In this document: positions 21,733-43,516 of the stretch, piece by piece
Layout of the letters: each line of letters opens with the position of its first letter
How positions within the stretch are numbered: the first letter of the stretch is position 1
From: the human T2T-CHM13v2.0 reference genome, Homo sapiens
Length of the DNA stretch: 64,000 nt
Reading direction: 5' to 3' (one strand)
Assembly (NCBI RefSeq): GCF_009914755.1
Contig: NC_060948.1
Translations under genes and position numbers: made by a program
The notes under the pieces: model-generated
Database searches by the model: none
The model's input: the letters and a program-made list of their open reading frames with translations, nothing else
What the model was told of the DNA's origin: nothing

Positions 21733-23839
21733 AGATCCATATTTTTTAAATGAAAAAAAATTTCAAAGTTACTCTGCTTGGTACAATAATCAAATGTATA
21801 AACTGAGGAATAAAACATAACCATGAAACCTACTTATAACTGCATATGGAAAATACAGAGGATAATTTTTTAAATAACATATTTTGAAAGCCTTAACTAG
21901 TAATTTGAAGAGTTGGCATTTGAAAGGCCAGTATGAATAAACCTTCAAAGCAGCAACACAGGTTCCCCATGAGAAAAAGCAAACACAGGGAAAATAAAAA
22001 CACAAAGGTTCAATCTCTTCTGACCTTTGAAAGACACAGCACAGACAGTGGTCCTTAGGACGAAGAGCAGGAGACCCCTAATTCCGTCACCATGGCGATA
22101 GGGCATAAACATTGCTGGGTGAGGGCACAATCCACATTGTGAGGTCCAACTGCTGCCAGGAAGACAGGAGTGCTTTTACATAGACCGAAAGGTCATTGAA
22201 GGCTCAGAGTTTTGTTTCAAGAACTGAATCCCAAGCCCACACGTTATTAGGCTGCGCTTCTTAAAACAAGTTATGAGATGGGAAAAAGGGCACCCACAAA
22301 CATACGTATACATTATGTATATAATAATATACTGTATCATATATATAATATATATAACCTATGTATAATATTGTTTTACATCCTGCATCTTATGTTATAT
22401 ATATTGTATAAAATATAATAATTGATAATATATAAGTTTTATAATTATACAATATGACATATAGTATATATTATAATTTATGACATATATAATATATGTT
22501 ATATATCATATATAGAATATATTATACGGTTAATATACGTATTAAATATAAATTATACCTTATATATATTATATATAATATATCTGTTATATATAATACC
22601 CATTATGCATAATATATATATTATGTCTATGTTATATATAGTATAAAACAACATATTATAATATATAATTGTATATATAAAATGCGACATATAATATATA
22701 TTATATTTTATAACATATGTAATATATATTATATATTATATATAATACGTTGTATGTATAATACCTATATTAAATATATATTATATGACTATGTTATTAA
22801 TTACATGTCACATGTGTTATATATTATATATTTTACATAGAATATACCGGTTACATACAATATATACTATGTTACCTATAATGTATAATTTATTACATGT
22901 AAAATAAAGAATGCAATATATTATGTATAATTTATAATATACAATATGTGGAATGTGACATATGTAACATATAATATATGATATATGATATACAGTATAT
23001 GATATATAACATACAATATATGATTCCTAATATATATGGTATACAATATATATTTTATGATATGTATTCTATATGTTTTATATTCTGTTATATATAACTA
23101 TTTGAAATTATATATAACTGTATAATATTTTATGTAAATATGTAATATAATATATATAACTATATAATATATTATATATAACTATATATTATGTTATATA
23201 TACTTTTATAACATAATTTACATAAAATATCATAATATAATATATATTATATTATTTCATATTACATAATATATATTACATATCACCCAATATAACTAAC
23301 ATACATAATATTATAATATAGATTATATTATGTTATATTAAATATCATATATATCATGTATCATATATTCTATAATATATATTACACATTATATAATATG
23401 TATGTTGTCTATTATGTGATATATATAACTCAATATATAATTATATTTTTATACATATAACTAGATAAACATGTAATTCTACATATTTTCATTTATAATA
23501 TGTAGAATTATATAATCATATATAATTATTTATATTCTATAAAAAATTTTATCATTATATAAATTATAATATATAAAAATTATAATATGTACTACAAATA
23601 TATATATATTATATATCATATATGATATAGTACCTTTGTTATATATCATAATACATATAAATGTGTATTATGTTATCTATAATTATATAATTTCATATAT
23701 AAGATGTATAATATGTATCATATATTATATATGTTATGTAATATATATAGTATATATAAGATGACACAGGATAAATATTATATACTATGACATATAAAAT
23801 ATATGAGGTTATATGTTACATATAAGGCATAGCACATAA

Positions 23840-24154
<315 letters not shown>

Positions 24155-26261
24155 AGATCCATATTTTGTAAATGAAAAAAAATTTCAAAGGTACTCTGCT
24201 TGGTACAATAATCAAATGTATAAACTGAGGAATAAAACATAACCATGAAACCTACTTATAACTGCATATGGAAAATACAGAGGATAATTTTTTAAATAAC
24301 ATATTTTGAAAGCCTTAACTAGTAATTTGAAGAGTTGGCATTTGAAAGGCCAGTATGAATAAACCTTCAAAGCAGCAACACAGGTTCCCCATGAGAAAAA
24401 GCAAACACAGGGAAAATAAAAACACAAAGGTTCAATCTCTTCTGACCTTTGAAAGACACAGCACAGACAGTGGTCCTTAGGACGAAGAGCAGGAGACCCC
24501 TAATTCCGTCACCATGGCGATAGGGCATAAACATTGCTGGGTGAGGGCACAATCCACATTGTGAGGTCCAACTGCTGCCAGGAAGACAGGAGTGCTTTTA
24601 CATAGACCGAAAGGTCATTGAAGGCTCAGAGTTTTGTTTCAAGAACTGAATCCCAAGCCCACACGTTATTAGGCTGCGCTTCTTAAAACAAGTTATGAGA
24701 TGGGAAAAAGGGCACCCACAAACATACGTATACATTATGTATATAATAATATACTGTATCATATATATAATATATATAACCTATGTATAATATTGTTTTA
24801 CATCCTGCATCTTATGTTATATATATTGTATAAAATATAATAACTGATAATATATAAGTTTTATAATTATACAATATGACATATAGTATATATTATAATT
24901 TATGACATATATAATATATGTTATATATCATATATAGAATATATTATACGGTTAATATACGTATTAAATATAAATTATACCTTATATATATTATATATAA
25001 TATATCTGTTATATATAATACCCATTATGCATAATATATATATTATGTCTATGTTATATATAGTATAAAACAACATATTATAATATATAATTGTATATAT
25101 AAAATGCGACATATAATATATATTATATTTTATAACATATGTAATATATATTATATATTATATATAATACGTTGTATGTATAATACCTATATTAAATATA
25201 TATTATATGACTATGTTATTAATTACATGTCACATGTGTTATATATTATATATTTTACATAGAATATACCGGTTACATACAATATATACTATGTTACCTA
25301 TAATGTATAATTTATTACATGTAAAATAAAGAATGCAATATATTATGTATAATTTATAATATACAATATGTGGAATGTGACATATGTAACATATAATATA
25401 TGATATATGATATACAGTATATGATATATAACATACAATATATGATTCCTAATATATATGGTATACAATATATATTTTATGATATGTATTCTATATGTTT
25501 TATATTCTGTTATATATAACTATTTGAAATTATATATAACTGTATAATATTTTATGTAAATATGTAATATAATATATATAACTATATAATATATTATATA
25601 TAACTATATATTATGTTATATATACTTTTATAACATAATTTACATAAAATATCATAATATAATATATATTATATTATTTCATATTACATAATATATATTA
25701 CATATCACCCAATATAACTAACATACATAATATTATAATATAGATTATATTATGTTATATTAAATATCATATATATCATGTATCATATATTCTATAATAT
25801 ATATTACACATTATATAATATGTATGTTGTCTATTATGTGATATATATAACTCAATATATAATTATATTTTTATACATATAACTAGATAAACATGTAATT
25901 CTACATATTTTCATTTATAATATGTAGAATTATATAATCATATATAATTATTTATATTCTATAAAAAATTTTATCATTATATAAATTATAATATATAAAA
26001 ATTATAATATGTACTACAAATATATATATATTATATATCATATATGATATAGTACCTTTGTTATATATCATAATACATATAAATGTGTATTATGTTATCT
26101 ATAATTATATAATTTCATATATAAGATGTATAATATGTATCATATATTATATATGTTATGTAATATATATAGTATATATAAGATGACACAGGATAAATAT
26201 TATATACTATGACATATAAAATATATGAGGTTATATGTTACATATAAGGCATAGCACATAA

Positions 26262-26576
<315 letters not shown>

Positions 26577-28681
26577 AGATCCATATTTTGTAAATGAAAA
26601 AAAATTTCAAAGGTACTCTGCTTGGTACAATAATCAAATGTATAAACTGAGGAATAAAACATAACCATGAAACCTACTTATAACTGCATATGGAAAATAC
26701 AGAGGATAATTTTTTAAATAACATATTTTGAAAGCCTTAACTAGTAATTTGAAGAGTTGGCATTTGAAAGGCCAGTATGAATAAACCTTCAAAGCAGCAA
26801 CACAGGTTCCCCATGAGAAAAAGCAAACACAGGGAAAATAAAAACACAAAGGTTCAATCTCTTCTGACCTTTGAAAGACACAGCACAGACAGTGGTCCTT
26901 AGGACGAAGAGCAGGAGACCCCTAATTCCGTCACCATGGCGATAGGGCATAAACATTGCTGGGTGAGGGCACAATCCACATTGTGAGGTCCAACTGCTGC
27001 CAGGAAGACAGGAGTGCTTTTACATAGACCGAAAGGTCATTGAAGGCTCAGAGTTTTGTTTCAAGAACTGAATCCCAAGCCCACACGTTATTAGGCTGCG
27101 CTTCTTAAAACAAGTTATGAGATGGGAAAAAGGGCACCCACAAACATACGTATACATTATGTATATAATAATATACTGTATCATATATATAATATATATA
27201 ACCTATGTATAATATTGTTTTACATCCTGCATCTTATGTTATATATATTGTATAAAATATAATAACTGATAATATATAAGTTTTATAATTATACAATATG
27301 ACATATAGTATATATTATAATTTATGACATATATAATATATGTTATATATCATATATAGAATATATTATACGGTTAATATACGTATTAAATATAAATTAT
27401 ACCTTATATATATTATATATAATATATCTGTTATATATAATACCCATTATGCATAATATATATATTATGTCTATGTTATATATAGTATAAAACAACATAT
27501 AATAATATATAATTGTATATATAAAATGCGACATATAATATATATTATATTTTATAACATATGTAATATATATTATATATTATATATAATACGTTGTATG
27601 TATAATACCTATATTAAATATATATTATATGACTATGTTATTAATTACATGTCACATGTGTTATATATTATATATTTTACATAGAATATACCGGTTACAT
27701 ACAATATATACTATGTTACCTATAATGTATAATTTATTACATGTAAAATAAAGAATGCAATATATTATGTATAATTTATAATATACAATATGTGGAATGT
27801 GACATATGTAACATATAATATATGATATATGATATACAGTATATGATATATAACATACAATATATGATTCCTAATATATATGGTATACAATATATATTTT
27901 ATGATATGTATTCTATATGTTTTATATTCTGTTATATATAACTATTTGAAATTATATATAACTGTATAATATTTTATGTAAATATGTAATATAATATATA
28001 TAACTATATAATATATTATATATAACTATATATTATGTTATATATACTTTTATAACATAATTTACATAAAATATCATAATATAATATATATTATATTATT
28101 TCATATTACATAATATATATTACATATCACCCAATATAACTAACATACATAATATTATAATATAGATTATATTATGTTATATTAAATATCATATATATCA
28201 TGTATCATATATTCTATAATATATATTACACATTATATAATATGTATGTTGTCTATTACGTGATATATATAACTCAATATATAATTATATTTTTATACAT
28301 ATAACTAGATAAACATGTAATTCTACATATTTTCATTTATAATATGTAGAATTATATAATCATATATAATTATTTATATTCTATAAAAAATTTTATCATT
28401 ATATAAATTATAATATATAAAAATTATAATATGTACTACAAATATATATATTATATATCATATATGATATAGTACCTTTGTTATATATCATAATACATAT
28501 AAATGTGTATTATGTTATCTATAATTATATAATTTCATATATAAGATGTATAATATGTATCATATATTATATATGTTATGTAATATATATAGTATATATA
28601 AGATGACACAGGATAAATATTATATACTATGACATATAAAATATATGAGGTTATATGTTACATATAAGGCATAGCACATAA

Positions 28682-28996
<315 letters not shown>

Positions 28997-31101
28997 AGAT
29001 CCATATTTTTTAAATGAAAAAAAATTTCAAAGGTACTCTGCTTGGTACAATAATCAAATGTATAAACTGAGGAATAAAACGTAACCATGAAACCTACTTA
29101 TAACTGCATATGGAAAATACAGAGGATAATTTTTTAAATAACATATTTTGAAAGCCTTAACTAGTAATTTGAAGAGTTGGCATTTGAAAGGCCAGTATGA
29201 ATATACCTTCAAAGCAGCAACACAGGTTCCCCATGAGAAAAAGCAAACACAGGGAAAATAAAAACACAAAGGTTCAATCTCTTCTGACCTTTGAAAGACA
29301 CAGCACAGACAGTGGTCCTTAGGACGAAGAGCAGGAGACCCCTAATTCCGTCACCATGGCGATAGGGCATAAACATTGCTGGGTGAGGGCACAATCCACA
29401 TTGTGAGGTCCAACTGCTGCCAGGAAGACAGGAGTGCTTTTACATAGACCGAAAGGTCATTGAAGGCTCAGAGTTTTGTTTCAAGAACTGAATCCCAAGC
29501 CCACACGTTATTAGGCTGCGCTTCTTAAAACAAGTTATGAGATGGGAAAAAGGGCACCCACAAACATACGTATACATTATGTATATAATAATATACAGTA
29601 TCATATATATAATATATATAACCTATGTATAATATTGTTTTACATCCTGCATCTTATGTTATATATATTGTATAAAATATAATAATTGATAATATATAAG
29701 TTTTATAATTATACAATATGACATATAGTATATATTATAATTTATGACATATATAATATATGTTATATGTCATATATAGAATATATTATACGGTTAATAT
29801 ACGTATTAAATATAAATTATACATTATATATATTATATATAATATATCTGTTATATATAATACCCATTATGCATAATATATATATTATGTCTATGTTATA
29901 TATAGTATAAAACAACATATAATAATATATAATTGTATATATAAAATGCGACATATAATATATATTATATTTTATAACATATGTAATATATATTATATAT
30001 TATATATAATACGTTGTATGTATAATACCTATATTAAATATATATTATATGACTATGTTATTAATTACATGTCACATGTGTTATATATTATATATTTTAC
30101 ATAGAATATACCGGTTACATACAATATATACTATGTTACCTATAATGTATAATTGATTACATGTAAAATAAAGAATGCAATATATTATGTAAAATTTATA
30201 ATATACAATATGTGGAATGTGATATATGTAACATATAATATATGATATATGATATACAGTATATGATATATAACATACAATATATGATTCCTAATATATA
30301 TGGTATACAATATATATTTTATGATATGTATTCTATATGTTTTATATTCTGTTATATATAACTATTTGAAATTATATATAACTGTATAATATTTTATGTA
30401 AATATGTAATATAATATATATAACTATATAATATATTATATATAACTATATATTATGTTATATATACTTTTATAACATAATTTACATAAAATATCATAAT
30501 ATAATATATATTATATTATTTCATATTACATAATATATATTACATATCACCCAATATAACTAACATACATAATATTATAATATAGATTATATTATGTTAT
30601 ATTAAATATCATATATATCATGTATCATATATTCTATAATATATATTACACATTATATAATATGTATGTTGTCTATTATGTGATATATATAACTATATAT
30701 ATAATTATATTTTTATACATATAACTAGATAAACATGTAATTCTACATATTTTCATTTATAATATGTAGAATTATATAATCATATATAATTCTTTATATT
30801 CTATAAAAAAATTTATCATTCTATAAATTATAATATATAAAAATTATAATATGTACTACAAATATATATATTATATATCATATATGATATAGTACCTTTG
30901 TTATATATCATAATACATATAAATGTGTATTATGTTATCTATAATTATATAATTTCATATATAAGTTGTATAATATGTATCATATATTATATATGTTATG
31001 TAATATATATAGTATATATAAGATGACACAGGATAAATATTATATACTATGACATATAAAATATATGAGGTTATATGTTACATATAAGGCATAGCACATA
31101 A

Positions 31102-31416
<315 letters not shown>

Positions 31417-33521
31417 AGATCCATATTTTTTAAATGAAAAAAAATTTCAAAGGTACTCTGCTTGGTACAATAATCAAATGTATAAACTGAGGAATAAAAC
31501 ATAACCATGAAACCTACTTATAACTGCATATGGAAAATACAGAGGATAATTTTTTAAATAACATATTTTGAAAGCCTTAACTAGTAATTTGAAGAGTTGG
31601 CATTTGAAAGGCCAGTATGAATATACCTTCAAAGCAGCAACACAGGTTCCCCATGAGAAAAAGCAAACACAGGGAAAATAAAAACACAAAGGTTCAATCT
31701 CTTCTGACCTTTGAAAGACACAGCACAGACAGTGGTCCTTAGGACGAAGAGCAGGAGACCCCTAATTCCGTCACCATGGCGATAGGGCATAAACATTGCT
31801 GGGTGAGGGCACAATCCACATTGTGAGGTCCAACTGCTGCCAGGAAGACAGGAGTGCTTTTACATAGACCGAAAGGTCATTGAAGGCTCAGAGTTTTGTT
31901 TCAAGAACTGAATCCCAAGCCCACACGTTATTAGGCTGCGCTTCTTAAAACAAGTTATGAGATGGGAAAAAGGGCACCCACAAACATACGTATACATTAT
32001 GTATATAATAATATACAGTATCATATATATAATATATATAACCTATGTATAATATTGTTTTACATCCTGCATCTTATGTTATATATATTGTATAAAATAT
32101 AATAATTGATAATATATAAGTTTTATAATTATACAATATGACATATAGTATATATTATAATTTATGACATATATAATATATGTTATATGTCATATATAGA
32201 ATATATTATACGGTTAATATACGTATTAAATATAAATTATACATTATATATATTATATATAATATATCTGTTATATATAATACCCATTATGCATAATATA
32301 TATATTATGTCTATGTTATATATAGTATAAAACAACATATAATAATATATAATTGTATATATAAAATGCGACATAGAATATATATTATATTTTATAACAT
32401 ATGTAATATATATTATATATTATATATAATACGTTGTATGTATAATACCTATATTAAATATATATTATATGACTATGTTATTAATTACATTTCACATGTG
32501 TTATATATTATATATTTTACATAGAATATACCGGTTACATACAATATATACTATGTTACCTATAATGTATAATTGATTACATGTAAAATAAAGAATGCAA
32601 TATATTATGTAAAATTTATAATATACAATATGTGGAATGTGATATATGTAACATATAATATATGATATATGATATACAGTATATGATATATAACATACAA
32701 TATATGATTCCTAATATATATGGTATACAATATATATTTTATGATATGTATTCTATATGTTTTATATTCTGTTATATATAACTATTTGAAATTATATATA
32801 ACTGTATAATATTTTATGTAAATATGTAATATAATATATATAACTATATAATATATTATATATAACTATATATTATGTTATATATACTTTTATAACATAA
32901 TTTACATAAAATATCATAATATAATATATATTATATTATTTCATATTACATAATATATATTACATATCACCCAATATAACTAACATACATAATATTATAA
33001 TATAGATTATATTATGTTATATTAAATATCATATATATCATGTATCATATATTCTATAATATATATTACACATTATATAATATGTATGTTGTCTATTATG
33101 TGATATATATAACTATATATATAATTATATTTTTATACATATAACTAGATAAACATGTAATTCTACATATTTTCATTTATAATATGTAGAATTATATAAT
33201 CATATATAATTCTTTATATTCTATAAAAAATTTTATCATTATATAAATTATAATATATAAAAATTATAATATGTACTACAAATATATATATTATATATCA
33301 TATATGATATAGTACCTTTGTTATATATCATAATACATATAAATGTGTATTATGTTATCTATAATTATATAATTTCATATATAAGTTGTATAATATGTAT
33401 CATATATTATATATGTTATGTAATATATATAGTATATATAAGATGACACAGGATAAATATTATATACTATGACATATAAAATATATGAGGTTATATGTTA
33501 CATATAAGGCATAGCACATAA

Positions 33522-33836
<315 letters not shown>

Positions 33837-35943
33837 AGATCCATATTTTTTAAATGAAAAAAAATTTCAAAGGTACTCTGCTTGGTACAATAATCAAATG
33901 TATAAACTGAGGAATAAAACATAACCATGAAACCTACTTATAACTGCATATGGAAAATACAGAGGATAATTTTTTAAATAACATATTTTGAAAGCCTTAA
34001 CTAGTAATTTGAAGAGTTGGCATTTGAAAGGCCAGTATGAATATACCTTCAAAGCAGCAACACAGGTTCCCCATGAGAAAAAGCAAACACAGGGAAAATA
34101 AAAACACAAAGGTTCAATCTCTTCTGACCTTTGAAAGACACAGCACAGACAGTGGTCCTTAGGACGAAGAGCAGGAGACCCCTAATTCCGTCACCATGGC
34201 GATAGGGCATAAACATTGCTGGGTGAGGGCACAATCCACATTGTGAGGTCCAACTGCTGCCAGGAAGACAGGAGTGCTTTTACATAGACCGAAAGGTCAT
34301 TGAAGGCTCAGAGTTTTGTTTCAAGAACTGAATCCCAAGCCCACACGTTATTAGGCTGCGCTTCTTAAAACAAGTTATGAGATGGGAAAAAGGGCACCCA
34401 CAAACATACGTATACATTATGTATATAATAATATACAGTATCATATATATAATATATATAACCTATGTATAATATTGTTTTACATCCTGCATCTTATGTT
34501 ATATATATTGTATAAAATATAATAATTGATAATATATAAGTTTTATAATTATACAATATGACATATAGTATATATTATAATTTATGACATATATAATATA
34601 TGTTATATATCATATATAGAGTATATTATACGGTTAATATACGTATTAAATATAAATTATACCTTATATATATTATATATAATATATCTGTTATATATAA
34701 TACCCTTTATGCATAATATATATATTATGTCTATGTTATATATAGTATAAAACAACATATAATAATATATAATTGTATATATAAAATGCGACATATAATA
34801 TATATTATATTTTATAACATATGTAATATATATCATATATTATATATAATACGTTGTATGTATAATACCTATATTAAATATATATTATATGACTATGTTA
34901 TTAATTACATGTCACATGTGTTATATATTATATATTTTACATAGAATATACCGGTTACATACAATATATACTATGTTACCTATAATGTATAATTGATTAC
35001 ATGTAAAATAAATAATGCAATATATTATGTATAATTTATAATATACAATATGTGGAATGTGACATATGTAACATATAATATATGATATATGATATACAGT
35101 ATATGATATATAACATACAATATATGATTCCTAATATATATGGTATACAATATATATTTTATGATATGTATTCTATATGTTTTATATTCTGTTATATATA
35201 ACTATTTGAAATTATATATAACTGTATAATATTTTATGTAAATATGTAATATAATATATATAACTATATAATATATTATATATAACTATATATTATGTTA
35301 TATATACTTTTATAACATAATTTACATAAAATATCATAATATAATATATAGTATATTTTTTCATATTACATAATATATATTACATATCACCCAATATAAC
35401 TAACATACATAATATTATAATAGAGATTATATTATGTTATATTAAATATCATATATATCATGTATCATATATTCTATAATATATATTACACATTATATAA
35501 TATGTATGTTGTCTATTATGTGATATATATAACTATATATATAATTATATTTTTATACATATAACTAGATAAACATGTAATTCTACATATTTTCATTTGT
35601 AATATGTAGAATTATATAATCATATATAATTATTTATATTCTATAAAAAATTTTATCATTATATAAATTATAATATATAAAAATTATAATATGTACTACA
35701 AATATATATATATTATATATCATATATGATATAGTACCTTTGTTATATATCATAATACATATAAATGTGTATTATGTTATCTATAATTATATAATTTCAT
35801 ATATAAGATGTATAATATGTATCATATATTATATATGTTATGTAATATATATAGTATATATAAGATGACACAGGATAAATATTATATACTATGACATATA
35901 AAATATATGAGGTTATATGTTACATATAAGGCATAGCACATAA

Positions 35944-36258
<315 letters not shown>

Positions 36259-38361
36259 AGATCCGTAGTTTTTAAATGAAAAAAAATTTCAAAGGTACTC
36301 TGCTTGGTACAATAATCAAATGTATAAACTGAGGAATAAAACATAACCATGAAACCTACTTATAACTGCATATGGAAAATACAGAGGATAATTTTTTAAA
36401 TAACATATTTTGAAAGCCTTAACTAGTAATTTGAAGAGTTGGCATTTGAAAGGCCAGTATGAATATACCTTCAAAGCAGCAACACAGGTTCCCCATGAGA
36501 AAAAGCAAACACAGGGAAAATAAAAACACAAAGGTTCAATCTCTTCTGACCTTTGAAAGACACAGCACAGACAGTGGTCCTTAGGACGAAGAGCAGGAGA
36601 CCCCTAATTCCGTCACCATGGCGATAGGGCATAAACACTGCTGGGTGAGGGCACAATCCACATTGTGAGGTCCAACTGCTGCCAGGAAGACAGGAGTGCT
36701 TTTACATACACCGAAAGGTCATTGAAGGCTCAGAGTTTTGTTTCAAGAACTGAATCCCAAGCCCACACGTTATTAGGCTGCGCTTCTTAAAACAAGTTAT
36801 GAGATGGGAAAAAGGGCACCCACAAACATACGTATACATTATGTATATAATAATATACAGTATCATATATATAATATATATAACCTATGTATAATATTGT
36901 TTTACATCCTGCATCTTATGTTATATATATTGTATAAAATATAATAATTGACAATATATAAGTTTTATAATTATACAATATGACATATAGTATATATTAT
37001 AATTTATGACATATATAATATATGTTATATATCATATATAGAATATATTATACGGTTAATATACGTATTAAATATAAATTATACATTATATATATTATAT
37101 ATAATATATCTGTTATATATAATACCCATTATGCATAATATATATATTATGTCTATGTTATATATAGTATAAAACAACATATAATAATATATAATTGTAT
37201 ATATAAAATGCGACATATAATATATATTATATTTTATAACATATGTAATATATATTATATATTATATATAATACGTTGTATGTATAATACCTATATTAAA
37301 TATATATTATATGACTATGTTATTAATTACATGTCACATGTGTTATATATTATATATTTTACATAGAATATACCGGTTACATACAATATATACTATGTTA
37401 CCTATAATGTATAATTTATTACATGTAAAATAAAGAATGCAATATATTATGTAAAATTTATAATATACAATATGTGGAATGTGATATATGTAACATATAA
37501 TATATGATATATGATATACAGTATATGATATATAACATACAATATATGATCCCTAATATATATGGTATACAATATATATTTTATGATATGTATTCTATAT
37601 GTTTTATATTCTGTTATATATAACTATTTGAAATTATATATAACTGTATAATATTTTATGTAAATATGTAATATAATATATATAACTATATAATATATTA
37701 TATATAACTATATATTATGTTATGTATACTTTTATAACATAATTTACATAAAATATCATAATATAATATATATTATATTATTTCATATTACATAATATAT
37801 ATTACATATCACCCAATATAACTAACATACATAATATTATAATATAGATTATATTATGTTATATTAAATATCATATATATCATGTATCATATATTCTATA
37901 ATATATATTACACATTATATAATATGTATGTTGTCTATTATGTGATATATATAACTATATATAATTATATTTTTATACATATAACTAGATAAACATGTAA
38001 TTCTACATATTTTCATTTATAATATGTAGAATTATATAATCATATATAATTATTTATATTCTATAAAAAATTTTATCATTATATAAATTATAATATATAA
38101 AAATTATAATATGTACTACAAATATATATATTATATATCATATATGATATAATACCTTTGTTATATATCATAATACATATAAATGTGTATTATGTTATCT
38201 ATAATTATATAATTTCATATATAAGGTGTATAATATGTATCATATATTATATATGTTATGTAATATATATAGTATATATAAGATGACACAGGATAAATAT
38301 TATATACTATGACATATAAAATATATGAGGTTATATGTTACATATAAGGCATAGCACATAA

Positions 38362-38676
<315 letters not shown>

Positions 38677-40781
38677 AGATCCATATTTTTTAAATGAAAA
38701 AAAATTTCAAAGGTACTCTGCTTGGTACAATAATCAAATGTATAAACTGAGGAATAAAACATAACCATGAAACCTACTTATAACTGCATATGGAAAATAC
38801 AGAGGATAATTTTTTAAATAACATATTTTGAAAGCCTTAACTAGTAATTTGAAGAGTTGGCATTTGAAAGGCCAGTATGAATATACCTTCAAAGCAGCAA
38901 CACAGGTTCCCCATGAGAAAAAGCAAACACAGGGAAAATAAAAACACAAAGGTTCAATCTCTTCTGACCTTTGAAAGACACAGCACAGACAGTGGTCCTT
39001 AGGACGAAGAGCAGGAGACCCCTAATTCCGTCACCATGGCGATAGGGCATAAACATTGCTGGGTGAGGGCACAATCCACATTGTGAGGTCCAACTGCTGC
39101 CAGGAAGACAGGAGTGCTTTTACATAGACCGAAAGGTCATTGAAGGCTCAGAGTTTTGTTTCAAGAACTGAATCCCAAGCCCACACGTTATTAGGCTGCG
39201 CTTCTTAAAACAAGTTATGAGATGGGAAAAAGGGCACCCACAAACATACGTATACATTATGTATATAATAATATACAGTATCATATATATAATATATATA
39301 ACCTATGTATAATATTGTTTTACATCCTGCATCTTATGTTATATATATTGTATAAAATATAATAATTGATAATATATAAGTTTTATATTTATACAATATG
39401 ACATATAGTATATATTATAATTTATGACGTATATAATATATGTTATATATCATATATAGAATATATTATACGGTTAATATACGTATTAAATATAAATTAT
39501 ACATTATATATATTATATATAATATATCTGTTATATATAATACCCATTATGCATAACATATATATTATGTCTATGTTATATATAGTATAAAACAACATAT
39601 AATAATATATAATTGTATATATAAAATGCGACATATAATATATATTATATTTTATAACATATGTAATATATATTATATATTATATATAATACGTTGTATG
39701 TATAATACCTATATTAAATATATATTATATGACTATGTTATTAATTACATGTCACATGTGTTATATATTATATATTTTACATAGAATATACCGGTTACAT
39801 ACAATATATACTATGTTACCTATAATGTATAATTGATTACATGTAAAATAAATAATGCAATATATTATGTATAATTTATAATATACAATATGTGGAATGT
39901 GACATATGTAACATATAATATATGATATATGATATACAGTATATGATATATAACATACAATATATGATTCCTAATATATATGGTATACAATATATATTTT
40001 ATGATATGTATTCTATATGTTTTATATTCTGTTATATATAACTATTTGAAATTATATATAACTGTATAATATTTTATGTAAATATGTAATATAATATATA
40101 TAACTATATAATATATTATATATAACTATATATTATGTTATATATACTTTTATAACATAATTTACATAAAATATCATAATATAATATATATTATATTATT
40201 TCATATTACATAATATATATTACATATCACCCAATATAACTAACATACATAATATTATAATATAGATTATATTATGTTATATTAAATATCATATATATCA
40301 TGTATCATATATTCTATAATATATATTACACATTATATAATATGTATGTTGTCTATTATGTGATATATATAACTATATATATAATTATATTTTTATACAT
40401 ATAACTAGATAAACATGTAATTCTACATATTTTCATTTGTAATATGTAGAATTATATAATCATATATAATTATTTATATTCTATAAAAAATTTTATCATT
40501 ATATAAATTATAATATATAAAAATTATAATATGTACTACAAATATATATATTATATATCATATATGATATAGTACCTTTGTTATATATCATAATACATAT
40601 AAATGTGTATTATGTTATCTATAATTATATAATTTCATATATAAGATGTATAATATGTATCATATATTATATATGTTATGTAATATATATAGTATATATA
40701 AGATGACACAGGATAAATATTATATACTATGACATATAAAATATATGAGGTTATATGTTACATATAAGGCATAGCACATAA

Positions 40782-41096
<315 letters not shown>

Positions 41097-43201
41097 AGAT
41101 CCGTATTTTTTAAATGAAAAAAAATTTCAAAGGTACTCTGCTTGGTACAATAATCAAATGTATAAACTGAGGAATAAAACATAACCATGAAACCTACTTA
41201 TAACTGCATATGGAAAATACAGAGGATAATTTTTTAAATAACATATTTTGAAAGCCTTAACTAGTAATTTGAAGAGTTGGCATTTGAAAGGCCAGTATGA
41301 ATATACCTTCAAAGCAGCAACACAGGTTCCCCATGAGAAAAAGCAAACACAGGGAAAATAAAAACACAAAGGTTCAATCTCTTCTGACCTTTGAAAGACA
41401 CAGCACAGACAGTGGTCCTTAGGACGAAGAGCAGGAGACCCCTAATTCCGTCACCATGGCGATAGGGCATAAACATTGCTGGGTGAGGGCACAATCCACA
41501 TTGTGAGGTCCAACTGCTGCCAGGAAGACAGGAGTGCTTTTACATAGACCGAAAGGTCATTGAAGGCTCAGAGTTTTGTTTCAAGAACTGAATCCCAAGC
41601 CCACACGTTATTAGGCTGCGCTTCTTAAAACAAGTGATGAGATGGGAAAAAGGGCACCCACAAACATACGTATACATTATGTATATAATAATATACAGTA
41701 TCATATATATAATATATATAACCTATGTATAATATTGTTTTACATCCTGCATCTTATGTTATATATATTGTATAAAATATAATAATTGATAATATATAAG
41801 TTTTATATTTATACAATATGACATATAGTATATATTATAATTTATGACATATATAATATATGTTATATATCATATATAGAATATATTATACGGTTAATAT
41901 ACGTATTAAATATAAATTATACATTATATATATTATATATAATATATCTGTTATATATAATACCCATTATGCATAATATATATATTATGTCTATGTTATA
42001 TATAGTATAAAACAACATATAATAATATATAATTGTATATATAAAATGCGACATATAATATATATTATATTTTATAACATATGTAATATATATTATATAT
42101 TATATATAATACGTTGTATGTATAATACCTATATTAAATATATATTATATGACTATGTTATTAATTACATGTCACATGTGTTATATATTATATATTTTAC
42201 ATAGAATATACCGGTTACATACAATATATACTATGTTACCTATAATGTATAATAGATTACATGTAAAATAAATAATGCAATATATTATGTATAATTTATA
42301 ATATACAATATGTGGAATGTGACATATGTAACATATAATATATGATATATGATATACAGTATATGATATATAACATACAATATATGATTCCTAATATATA
42401 TGGTATACAATATATATTTTATGATATGTATTCTATATGTTTTATATTCTGTTATATATAACTATTTGAAATTATATATAACTGTATAATATTTTATGTA
42501 AATATGTAATATAATATATATAACTATATAATATATTATATATAACTATATATTATGTTATATATACTTTTATAACATAATTTACATAAAATATCATAAT
42601 ATAATATATATTATATTATTTCATATTACATAATATATATTACATATCACCCAATATAACTAACATACATAATATTATAATATAGATTATATTATGTTAT
42701 ATTAAATATCATATATATCATGTATCATATATTCTATAATATATATTACACATTATATAATATGTATGCTGTCTATTATGTGATATATATAACTATATAT
42801 ATAATTATATTTTTATACATATAACTAGATAAACATGTAATTCTACATATTTTCATTTATAATATGTAGAATTATATAATCATATATAATTATTTATATT
42901 CTATAAAAAATTTTATCATTATATAAATTATAATATATAAAAATTATAATATGTACTACAAATATATATATTATATATCATATATGATATAGTACCTTTG
43001 TTATATATCATAATACATATAAATGTGTATTATGTTATCTATAATTATATAATTTCATATATAAGGTGTATAATATGTATCATATATTATATATGTTATG
43101 TAATATATATAGTATATATAAGATGACACAGGATAAATATTATATACTATGACATATAAAATATATGAGGTTATATGTTACATATAAGGCATAGCACATA
43201 A

Positions 43202-43516
<315 letters not shown>
